From positions 97,898,001-97,962,000 of the forward strand of contig NC_091996.1 of assembly GCF_044704955.1 (NCBI RefSeq): a DNA stretch of 64,000 nucleotides, in the 5' to 3' direction. The notes under the pieces were generated by a model. That model worked only from the letters and a program-made list of their open reading frames with translations. It was not told the DNA's origin and did not search any database. The position numbers were made by a program, and so were the translations under genes. Positions 11,901-21,696 of this stretch are shown here, in pieces. The DNA comes from Pristiophorus japonicus (lineage: Eukaryota). The first letter of the stretch is position 1, and every line of letters starts with the position of its first letter.

Positions 11901-14900
11901 ATTCTTACAGGGATTGACAGGGTAGATGCAGGCTGGGGAGTCGAGAACCGGGGGTCACAGTCTCAGGATAAGGGGTCGTCCATTTAGGACGGAGATGAGG
12001 AGGAATTTCTTCACTCAGAGGGTGGTGAATCTTTGGAATTCTCTGCCCCAGAGGGCTGTGGAGACTCAGTCGTTGAGTATATTCAAGGCTGAGATCGATA
12101 GAGTTTTGGATATTACGGGAATCGAGGGATATGGGGATCGAGGGGGAAAGTGGAGTTGAGACGAAGATCAGCCATGATCGTATTGAATGGCGGAGCAGGC
12201 TCGAGGGGCCGAATGGCCGACTCCTGCTCCTAATTCTTATGTTCCTCCCTTAAGAAGCTCCTTTTAAAAACTGACCTCTTTGACCAAGCTTTTGGTCACC
12301 TGCCGTAATCTCTTACCTGGCTCGGTCTCAAATTAATTTTATTTGTCTTGTAACCCGCCTGTGAAGCACCCTGGGACATTTTACTCAGCTAAAGGAGCTA
12401 TATAAATGTAAGTTCTATTCAAGGCTGAGAGGGACAGATTTTCACATACTAAGGGAACCGGAGTGTTTGAGTTTGTAGAGTCACTGTATGCTCCGGGGTT
12501 GAAAGGACTCGATTGGGTCCGTCAATGCTCACTCAAGAGACAATGTGAAAATTGTGACGTCCTGTTTTGCTGCCTCAGATCCTGGTGACGTGTGCGCCCG
12601 AACTGGTGGGCTAGAGCAGACGGAGACCGGGGAAGGAACTCCTCATCCTGCACCTCCCACTGCAGGTCCAACCATTCCAATATCCAGCTCCTCCATCACG
12701 GCCGTCCCTGGGCTACACGGGCAAGAGAGAACTTTCACCCTTCAGCCAACACCGAACCCCCCCACCCGAGCCCACTGGCTTCAACGTGTGGCTGTCACAA
12801 CAAGAAACACAGCTGGAGAAACATCCGGGACAAGTCTCCATCCCAGGAATATTGTCGACATGACACTGACATCTCCTCCAAACAAACACGAGGCGGGAGA
12901 AGACAGGACTATGGAGGGCACTTACAGTCCCGGTAAGCATCATCATTCCCCTGTGTGTACTATAGAGAATAAAAGTCCCTATTATAGGGAATAACAGCTC
13001 CTGAGTATATTGTACGCATTATAGAATCCAGGGACGAGCACATAGATCGTGGCTGACACTCCAGTGAAGTACTGAGGGAGTGCCGCACTTTCGGAGGGGC
13101 GGTACTGAGGGAGTGTCGGAGGGGCGGTACTGAGGGAGTGCCGCACTGTCGGAGGGGCAGTACTGAGGGAGTGCCGCACTGTCGGAGGGGCAGTACTGAG
13201 GGAGTGCCGCACTGTCGGAGGGGCGGTACTGAGGGAGCCCCGCACTGTCGGAGGGGGCAGTACTGAGGGAGTGCCGCACTGTCGGAGGGGCAGTACTGAG
13301 GGAGCGCTGTACTATTGGAGGGGCAGTACTGAGGGAGCGCCGCACTGTCGGAGAGCCAGTACTGAGGGAGCGCCGCACTGTCGGAGGGACGGTACTGAGG
13401 GAACGCCGCACTGTCGGAGGGGCAGTACTGAGGGAGCGCTGCACTGTCGGAGGTGCAGTACAGAGGGAGTGCCGCACTGTCGGTTGGAACATTAAACAGA
13501 GGCCCTGTCTGCTCTCTCAGATGGACACAAAAGATCCCAGGGCCACTATTTCAAAGAAGAGCAGGGGAATTCTCCTCTGTGTCCTGGGGCCAATATTTAT
13601 CCCTCGACCAACATCGCAAAAACAGATTATCTGGGTCATTATCACATTGCTGTGTGTGGGAGCTTGCTGTGCGCAAATTGGCTGCCGCGTTTCCCACATT
13701 ACAACAGTGACTACACTTTTGGAGCATTTTGAGATGTGCGGTGGTTGTGAACGGTGCTATATAAATGTACAGGAGGAGGCCATTGGGCCCATCGAGCCTG
13801 TGCCGGCTCTGTGAGCGAGCGATCCCATCAGTCCCATCCCCCCGCTCTCTCCCCACAGCCCGGTGAATGTTTCCCCGTCAAGTATTGATCCAATTCCCGG
13901 TTTGAAAGTTACTATTGAATCTGCTCCCACCGCCCTTTCAGGCAGCGCGTTCCCGATCACAACAACTCGCTGCGTAAAAACATTCTCCCCATCTCCCCCT
14001 CTGGTTCCATCGTCGATTATCGTCAATCTGTGTCCCCCTGGTTACCGACCCTCCTGCCCCCGGGAACAGTCTCTCCCGATCGATTCTATCGCGTTATGGT
14101 ATGCGTGAAGCACTGTGTTAGAATCCCACTTGCAAAGCAAGTTCCCGGCAGGATGCTGGCTGTTGACGTGAAGATTTCGGACTGACGGTCGTGTTGCTGA
14201 CTTGGGTCGATAATCCGTGCTGTTTTTACAGGCTCCACAACGTCAGGACGCGGAGGGGCGAGAATGGGCCACGGAGTCGGGCCTGGGGTTGGAGGTTTGC
14301 TGCATTGCAAGGATTGCGACGAGCAACACAGATACTCGGCCGGTGAGGTCACAGCAGGTCAATGGTTGGCACTGGGCCTGTTGGCGTCTGCCATCGCGCT
14401 GCTCCTCACTGCTGCCATCCTCTTCGCCAGCATCAAGTTTAAGTGCACACAACAGATGCCAGGTGAGCTAACCGAGAGATGGAGGCAGACTGTCCTGCCC
14501 TCCGCCTCGCTGTGAATGGAGGGCAGTGCACGAGTTGGTGAGGCCAACCTTCTGGTAGTGAGGGGGGGGTGAATTAACGACGTTCAGCGGACCCCGGGAC
14601 ACTGGGGATGGTCAGGGCTGACTTGGGAGCAGGGGTGGTCTCCGATCGATTGGGAATTGAGATTTGGGCTTGTCACAAACCACCTCCTAGTGGACCTGGC
14701 TCCACAGTACAGGAGGGGCGAGGGGTCCACAGACATGCTGGGCCCACTGCCCTCCCTCGGTGCTGTATCCTGCTCTCGCTCAGCTTGACTGGCCTCCTGC
14801 ACATTTGCCCTGCTCCCCAGGCTCCACCATCAGCGGCTGTGTCTTCAGCTACCAGGGCCCTCAGCTCTGGGACCCTTTCCCTAAGTCTCTCCGCCTCTCT

Positions 14901-17388
14901 CTCTGACCAAGCCTCTGGTGGCTCGGTGCCAGTTCTTGTCTGACCACGCTCCCGTGAAGTGCCTTAGGACCTAGGTACACAGGAACAGGAGGAGGCCCAT
15001 TCAGCCCCTCGAGCCTGTTACACAGGAACAGGAGGAGGCCCATTCAGCCCCGCGAGCCTGTTACATAGGAGCAGGCCATTCAGCCCCTCGAGCCTGCTCC
15101 GCCACTCAATGAGATCGCGGCTGATCTGTGACCTAACTCCATCCACCCGCTGTAATGTATTTGCTCCGTGGGTTCTTTGCTTTAGAATCTACAGCAACAC
15201 ATTGCTATTAAGAACTAGTTGGTTTATTAGCAAAGGTTTAACAATCACGCGACACATTAACGGTTCATCCACCAGGCTCACAACCACCTGCCCCATCGTG
15301 GATCCCCCGAACCCAACTGGCTGGGGTTTTATTGAGTCTTGTGAACATCATGTGACTGGCTAAGCCCCTCCCAATGCAACAGTGCCACCAGCCTGTGACC
15401 ATACTCTCGGGGCGTACACTACACCCACCTTTGACCCGTATCCCTTAATAAATTTGATTAACAAAAATATATCGATCTCTGATTTAAAATTAACAATTGA
15501 CCCAGCATCAATTGCCGTTTGCAGGAGAGTTCCAAACCTCTCCCACCCTGTGTGTGTCGGAGTGTTCCCTAATTACACTCCTGAAGGGTTTGGCTCCAAT
15601 CTTTAGACTGTGCCCCTAGTCCCAGACTCCCCAACCAGCGGGAATTGTCTCCCAACCACCCTCTCTGCTCCCCGTAATATCCTGAAACCTTCGATCAGAG
15701 CCCCCCTTAACCTTCTATAGTCTGGGGAATACAGCCCTAGTTTGTGTAATCTCTTCTTGTAACTTAACCCTTGGGGTCCAGGTAGCATTCTGCTGACTTT
15801 TACTGCATGAAGGGTGGTTATATAAATGTAGGTTGTTGGTGCAGTATTGAAAGTCTGACTGATTTTGTGGGCTGAGGGCGGGGGAGGGGAAACGACTCTG
15901 GGACGTTTGGTTTATTTGAGGCCTTATCTACCATTGCTGAAGGCCTCATCCATGCCCCTGTTACCTCTCGGCTTGACTATTCCAACACACTCCTGGCCGG
16001 CCTCCCACATTCTACCCGACGTACTGGAGGTGATCCAAAACTCGGCTGCCCCGTGTCCTAACTCGCATCGAGTCCCACTCACCCATCACCCCCTGTGCTC
16101 GCTGACCCGTGTCCTAACTCGCACCCAGTCCCACTCATCCATCACCCCCTGTGCTCACTGCCCCGTGTCCCAAATCGCACCCAGTCCCGCTCACCCATCA
16201 CCCTCTGCTCGCTGACCCGTGTCCTAACTTGCACCCAGTCCCGCTCACCCATCTCCCCCGTATCCTAACTCACACCGATCCCGCTCACCCATCACCCCCT
16301 GTGCTCACTGCCCCGTGTCCTAACTCGAACCGACTCCCGCTCACCCATCACCCCCTGTGCTCACTGCCCCGTGTCCTAACTCGCACCCAGTCCCGCTCAC
16401 CCATCACCCTCTGTGCTCACTGCACGTGTCCCAACTCGCACCGAGTCCCACTCACCCATCACCCCCTGTGCTCGCTGACCCGTGTCCTAACTCGCACCGA
16501 GTCCCACTCATCCATCACCCCCTGTGCTCACTGCCCCGTGTCCCAACTCGCACCCAGTCCCGCTCACCCATCACTCCCTGTGCTCACTGCCCCGTGTCCT
16601 AACTCGAACCGACTCCCGCTCACCCATCACCCCCTGTGCTCGAATGGCCGACTCCTGCACCTATTTTCCATGTTTCTATGTTTCTCTGCTCCAAGGAGAA
16701 CAACCCCAGCTTCTCCAGTCTCTCCACATAACGGAAGTCCCTCGTCCCTAGAACCATTCTGGTCAATCTCCTCTCTCCCCTCCCCCAAGCCTTCACATCC
16801 TTCCTAAAGTGCGGTGCCTAGAATTGAACCCAATGCTCCAGCTGAGGGATGACCTTGTTCTATAAAGGTTTACCAGAACTTCCTTGGGTTCTGTACTCTA
16901 TTCCCCAATTTATAACCGCTTGCAATTTCAAAATAGCTGCCGGGGTCAGAGAGACAGGCAAGCTTGGGAAGGTGAAAGGTCAGAGAGGGTAAAATGGCGG
17001 CAACAATCGGTAAGGCAGGATCTAAATTTAAAGTTTTAAAAAAATATCGAGAAAGCCAGAGAAAGAATAGGAGGGAAAACAAAGAGCCGGAGAGAGTAAG
17101 CACGGGTTAAAGTGTTTACAGTTTTATATCAATTTGTCTTTTGGCGGACGTTTGAGTCAGTCATTTACCGTTAACCTTGTGACACGAGCACCGATTTTAT
17201 TGCTTTGTGTTTAGTGTTTGTCACAGCCTGAGAGCCAGAAACAGCCAGATGTTTCTCAAGGGCCTGCCAGTAGTGTTGAGGGTTAAACCGCTGACTTTTA
17301 ACCCCCACCCTTTGTGTTTTATACAGATGTTATGGTGCGAGGTGTGCGATACAGCAGGATTTGCGGCCTTCGCACTGACACAGTGTGA
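5942..17388 (+). CDS. Transmembrane mucin-stalk chemokine with CC motif (CXCL16/CX3CL1-like architecture), 7 coding exons, 424 aa
   Basis: Exons 5942-5987, 6899-7040, 7926-8011, 10289-10642, 12579-12932, 14232-14462, 17327-17388. All introns are GT-AG and the phases 1,2,1,1,1,1 join into one 1275-nt ORF. Confidence 0.85.
6899..7040 (+). CDS. Chemokine gene exon 2: CC motif and third Cys
   Basis: Acceptor gtgttttatccacAG. Encodes VCGGRLSDSAGRSCCEPKLPQPLNISEFNKLQNYVTLSGQGRCPEYLV. Donor GT|GTAAGT is phase 2, the canonical chemokine intron position. Confidence 0.88.
7100..7815 (+). mobile_element. Deu-SINE (3' truncated) with 33-bp array, in chemokine intron 2
   Basis: tRNA-like head (ggttcaagtccc) followed by the 33-bp unit array. 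Confidence 0.75.
7926..8011 (+). CDS. Chemokine gene exon 3: FTT...FC strand and C-terminal helix
   Basis: Acceptor tttactgtcacAG, encodes FTTNANQRFCILSGKAQAMKEFVDARST, donor G|GTAAGA. Confidence 0.85.
8535..9518 (+). mobile_element. CR1 LINE 3' fragments (two joined pieces)
   Basis: Translations FNLEKCEVMHLG, YKTLVRPQLEYCVQFWSP and YEERLSRLGLYSLE, with a CR1 tail gactcctgctcctaattcttatgttc. Confidence 0.9.
9585..10020 (+). mobile_element. AT-rich insertion, possibly a decayed Penelope-like GIY-YIG fragment
   Basis: Absent from the paralogous duplicate (~12313) and interrupts an L2-type tail. From ~9890 it translates as VFSRLVCRCGK / (frameshift) FASKTGDFIRVQF. Confidence 0.35.
10289..10642 (+). 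CDS. Chemokine gene exon 4a: mucin-like stalk
   Basis: Acceptor ttttgctgcctcAG, 354 nt, Thr/Pro/Ser/Gly-rich (DPGDVGART...EGTYSP), donor G|GTAAGC, symmetric phase 1. Confidence 0.8.
10735..11325 (+). mobile_element. Deu-SINE fragment with 33-bp array
   Basis: 33-bp unit array after the SINE head remnant. Paralogous to 13025-13768. Confidence 0.75.
11330..12245 (+). mobile_element. Several CR1 LINE 3' fragments
   Basis: TRGHKFKV...FFTQRVVGVWNS and GHSLRIRGRPFRTEMRRNFFTQRVVNLWNSLP, each with a CR1 tail. Confidence 0.85.
12579..12932 (+). CDS. Chemokine gene exon 4b: duplicated mucin-like stalk
   Basis: Near-identical copy of exon 4a, 2290 bp downstream, with intact splice sites and open frame. 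Confidence 0.78.
13025..13768 (+). mobile_element. Deu-SINE with 33-bp array and L2-type tail
   Basis: Array, Deu core and tail gtgctatataaatg. Confidence 0.8.
14232..14462 (+). CDS. Chemokine gene exon 5: juxtamembrane + TM
   Basis: Acceptor tgtttttacAG. Encodes GSTTSGRGGARMGHGVGPGVGGLLHCKDCDEQHRYSAGEVTAGQWLALGLLASAIALLLTAAILFASIKFKCTQQMP. Donor G|GTGAGC. Confidence 0.85.
14975..15790 (-). mobile_element. CR1 LINE 3' fragment interrupted by a solo LTR
   Basis: Minus-strand GLSYKKRLHKLGLYS...RRLRG and a reiterated CR1 tail. Confidence 0.7.
15151..15423 (-). mobile_element. Solo LTR
   Basis: TG...CA termini with near-TSD CCCGC/CCCAC. Second copy at ~40407-40647. Confidence 0.7.
15940..16640 (+). 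repeat. L2 fragment with ~57-bp tandem expansion
   Basis: L2 ORF2 remnant (..LEVIQNSAA..) followed by the 57-bp unit array. Confidence 0.8.
17327..17388 (+). CDS. Chemokine gene exon 6: cytoplasmic tail
   Basis: Acceptor ctttgtgttttatacAG, phase 1. Encodes DVMVRGVRYSRICGLRTDTV-stop. Confidence 0.75.
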
Positions 17389-18484
17389 GCAGAGCTGGGG
17401 TGATGTACGGCAGGAAGTTTGAACGGCAGAGCTGTGTGAAGTGGTGCCTGGACGTGCGAGGGGGGAGGGGGAACGGCGGATCCCTTCTCGTGCTCCACCG
17501 TTACCCGCTGAGCAAAGCTGGCGATGGGCCTGGAGAGCAGGGGGCCTTTCGAAGGGGCCCAGCCATTCCGGGACATCTTCGGCTAACGTAATCCAGGGAA
17601 GGCTTTGCGGAGCTGGAGGCGATGGGCCGAGCTCGGACCGTTCAAATGTGTCGCGCCTTCAGCTCTTCGCACCTTGGCCTCTTCCCAAGATGCACCGCTT
17701 CCGGACAAGGATTGGTAAAGCCCATCGGTCAGACACAGGCCGAGAAGGATGACTGTGGGCCGAGATGGCATTGTATTGTCCGTCTTTTGCGATGTGTGTT
17801 TTTCCGCTTAATTTTGTTCGTTTTACCCGGGGCGGGCGGGCGGGGGTGGGGGAGTGGGGGGGGTGGCCTTTGTGACCCATTGAGCCAATGGGGCCGTTCC
17901 CCACCATCACTCCCCACCCACCCAGTGGTTTCAACCACCGCCATTCACAAAACTCCGTGCTGGGAAATACCATGTTGTGAGGCGGGGGGGGGGGGGTAGA
18001 TCCCGTCAGGAGGGAAAGAGTTCCCTCGAGAGCGACGGAGGAGCCAGAGGGTGCAGTGCAACCAAAGGTTTGGTATTGTGGAGGGGGGGGGTTCTGACGT
18101 GCTGGACTCGAGCATGCATGTGTGCACACGGAGCTGGACACAGAGACCCACAGAGGTGGGCACACCGACAGATACGTACGCACAGGACACACCCCAGGTC
18201 TCAGTGGGCAGCACTCTCTCTCTCTCTCTCTCTCTCTCGTCTCACAGTCAGGAGGTTGAGAGTTCGAGACTTGAGCAGATCACGCGACACGGTGATGCCA
18301 CTGGACATAGCAGGCACCTGATTAGGGACTATCCACAAATAGCGGGTGCTTTTCAGAAGAGTACAATTCACACAGCTGCTCCCGGCCACATGACCGGTGA
18401 TCGACTGCTCCTCACTGGCTGGAAATAACTCTGTGCGCGTTCATCGATAACGTTCTCTGCCCTCAGCACCTCTTTGCTCAGTCT

Positions 18485-18865
18485 CGGCTGTGGCTCAGTG
18501 CGTAACCTCTGAGGCCCAAGGTCATGGGTTCAAGTCCCACTCCAGAGACTCCAGCACAAAAATCCAGGCTGTCACTCCCAGTGCAGTGCTGATGGAGTGC
18601 CGCACTGTCGGAGGGGCAGTACTGAGAGAGCCCTGCACTGTCGGAGGGGCAGTACTGAGAGAGCCCCGCACTGTCGGAGGGGCAGTACTGAGGGAGCGCC
18701 GCACTGTCGGAGGGGCAGTGCTGAGGGAGCGCCGCACTGTCGGAGGGGCGGTACTGAGGGAGTGCCGCACTGTCGGAGGGGCGGTACTGAGGGAGTGCCG
18801 CACTATCGGAGGGGCGGTACTGAGGGAGTGCTACACTGTCGGAGGGGCAGTACTGAGGGAGCGCT
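18485..18865 (+). mobile_element. Deu-SINE 5' part with 33-bp array (within the presumed 3' UTR)
   Basis: A box tggctcagtg, B box ggttcaagtcc, then the array. Confidence 0.8.
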
Positions 18866-18969
18866 CTTGTGGCCAATATTAACCCCAATAATTGTGATCA
18901 GCCCCTCCCTCTCAATGGTTCATCCTCCCAAATTATATCTCCTTCCTTAATGGTCACTTTACCGAGGTC

Positions 18970-19080
18970 ACTGTATTTATGTATTTAACAAAAAGACGTT
19001 TATTTTTATGAATTTATTTAATGTATTTCTAAAAAATCATATTTAAATAAAATTCTATCTCAACGCGTCCGTTGTGTGTA
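18970..19080 (+). promoter_or_regulatory. AU-rich elements and polyadenylation signal of the chemokine gene
   Basis: Five ATTTA pentamers (including overlapping ATTTATTTA), AATAAA at 19046-19051 and downstream GT-rich gttgtgtgta. Confidence 0.65.
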
Positions 19081-19184
19081 TATTAAACCTGCGATAAAGG
19101 TGTGTGTTCAACAGCCCAAACCTATATCGCCCTCCGCTCTGAACATATGTTCCTTTCTCAACCGGTCCCAACATTAACGAGAGT

Positions 19185-21496
19185 GCGGGGAGGGGGAGAG
19201 TGTCAGAGAGGGGAGTGGGAGAGGGGAAGGGTAGGGGAAGGGAGGGGAGGGGTGGGAGAGGTGAGGGGTAGGGTAGGGGAGGGGACGGGTGGGAGTGGGA
19301 GAGGAGAGGGAGGGGAGGAGTGGGAGAGGAGAGGAGAGGAGGGGTGGGAGAGGAGAGGGGTGGGAGTGGAGAGGAGTGGGAGAGGAGAGGGGTGGGAGTG
19401 GGAGAGGAGAGGGGTGGGAGAGGAGAGGAGATGAGTGGGAGAGGAGAGGGGTGGGAGTGGGAAGGAGAGGAGTGGGAAGGAGAGGAGTGGGAAGGAGAGG
19501 GAGAGGAGAGGAGGGGTGGGAGTGGGAGAGGAGAGGGGTGGGAGTGGGAGAGGAGTGAGAGTGGAGAGGGGTGGGAGTGGGAGAGGAGAGGGAGAGGAGA
19601 GGATAGGAGTGGGAGTGGGAGAGGGGTGGGAGTGGGAGAGGGGTGGGAGTGGGAGAGGAGAGGGGTGGGAGTGGGAGAGGAGAGGGAGAGGAGAGGATAG
19701 GAGTGGGAGTGGGAGAGGGGTGGGAGTGGGAGAGGAAAGGGGTGGGAGGGGAGAGGGGTGGGGGTGGGAGTGGGAGAGGAGTGGGAGAGGAGAGGAGAGG
19801 GGTGGGAGGGAGTGGGAGAAGAGAGAGGGGAGGGGTGGGAGTGAGGAGGAGTGGGAGTGAGTGAGGGTGGGAGTGAGAGGGGAGGGGGAGTGAGGGTGGG
19901 GGAGGGGGAGTGAGGGTGGGGGAGGGGGAGTGAGGGTGGGGGAGGGGGAGTGAGGGTGGGAGTGAGAGGGGAGGGAGAGTGAGGCTGGGGGAGGGGGAGT
20001 GAGGGTGGGGGTGGGAGTGAGAGGGGAGGGGGAGTGAGGGTGGGAGTGAGAGGGGAGAGGGGGAGTGAGAGGGGAGAGGGGGAGGGGGAGGGGGAGTGAG
20101 GGGGGAGGGGGAGTGAGGGGGGAGGGGGAGTGAGGGTGGGAGTGAGGGGGAGGGTGGGAGTGAGGGTGGGAGTGAGAGGGGAGGGGGAGTGAGGGTGGGA
20201 GTGAGAGGGGAGGGGGAGTGAGGGTGGGAGTGAGAGGGGAGGGGGGGTGAGGGTGGGAGTGAGAGGGGAGGGGGAGTGAGGGTGGGAGTGAGAGGGGAGG
20301 GGGAGTGAGGGTGGGAGTGAGAGGGGAGGGGGGGAGTGAGAGGGGAGGGGGAGTGAGGGTGGGAGTGAGAGGGGAGGGGGAGTGAGGGTGGGAGTGAGAG
20401 GGGAGGGGGAGTGAGTGAGAGGGGAGGGGGAGTGAGGGTGGGAGTGAGAGGGGAGGGGGAGTGAGGGTGGGAGTGAGAGGGGAGGGGGAGTGGAGGGTGG
20501 GAGTGAGAGGGGAGGGGGAGTGAGGGTGGGGGAGGGGGAGTGAGGGTGGGGGTGGGAGTGAGAGGGGAGGGGGAGTGAGGGTGGGGGGGGGGTGGGGAGT
20601 GAGAGTGAGGGTGGGAGTGAGAGGGGAGGGGGAGTGAGGGTGGGAGTGAGAGGGGAGGGGGAGTGAGGGTGGGAGTGAGAGGGGAGGGAGAGTGAGGTGG
20701 GGGAGGGGGAGTGAGGGTGGGGGTGGGAGTGAGGGTGGGGGTGGGAGTGAGAGGGGAGTGGGAGTGAGGGTGGGGGTGAGAGGGGAGGGGGAGTGAGGGT
20801 GGGAGTGAGAGGGGGAGGGGGAGTGAGGGTGGGAGTGAGAGGGGAGGGGGAGTGAGGGTGGGAGTGAGAGGGGGGGTGGGAGTGAGAGGGGAGGGGGAGT
20901 GAGGGTGGGAGTGAGAGGGGAGGGGGAGTGAGGGTGGGAGTGAGAGGGGAGGGGGAGTGAGGGTGGGAGTGAGAGGGGAGGGGCAGTGAGGGTGGGAGTG
21001 AGGGTGGGAGTGAGAGGGGAGGGGGAGTGAGGGTGGGAGTGGGAGGGGAGGGGGAGTAAGGGTGGGAGAGGGAGTGAGGGTGGGAGTGAGGAGGAGAGGG
21101 GGAGTGAGGGTGGGAGTGAGGAGGGGAGGGGGAGTGAGGGTGGGAGTGAGGAGGGGAGGGGGAGTGAGGGTGGGAGTGAGAGGGGAGGGGGAGTGAGGGA
21201 GGGTGGGAGTGAGAGAGAGAGGGGAGGGGGAGTGAGGGGAGGGGGAAGAAGGGAGTAGGGGAGAGGGCAGTAGGGAGAGGGCGAGGGGGGGAAGAAGGGA
21301 GTAGGGGAGAGGGCGAGGGGGGGGGAAAGAAGGGAGCAGGGGAGAGGGCGAGAGAGGGGGGTGGAAGAAGGGAGTAGGGGAAGGGGGGGAAGAAGGGAGT
21401 AGGGGAGAGGGGGGGAGAAGAAGGGAGTAGGGGAGAGGGCGAGAGAGGGGGTGGAAGGGGGAGAAGAAGGGAGTAGGGGAGAGGGCGAGAGAGGGG
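19185..21496 (+). repeat. Polypurine (G/A-rich) low-complexity tract ending at an assembly gap
   Basis: Units such as gagggtgggagtgagaggggagggggagt with almost no C. N-gap at 21497-21696. Confidence 0.95.
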
Positions 21497-21696
21497 NNNN
21501 NNNNNNNNNNNNNNNNNNNNNNNNNNNNNNNNNNNNNNNNNNNNNNNNNNNNNNNNNNNNNNNNNNNNNNNNNNNNNNNNNNNNNNNNNNNNNNNNNNNN
21601 NNNNNNNNNNNNNNNNNNNNNNNNNNNNNNNNNNNNNNNNNNNNNNNNNNNNNNNNNNNNNNNNNNNNNNNNNNNNNNNNNNNNNNNNNNNNNNNN

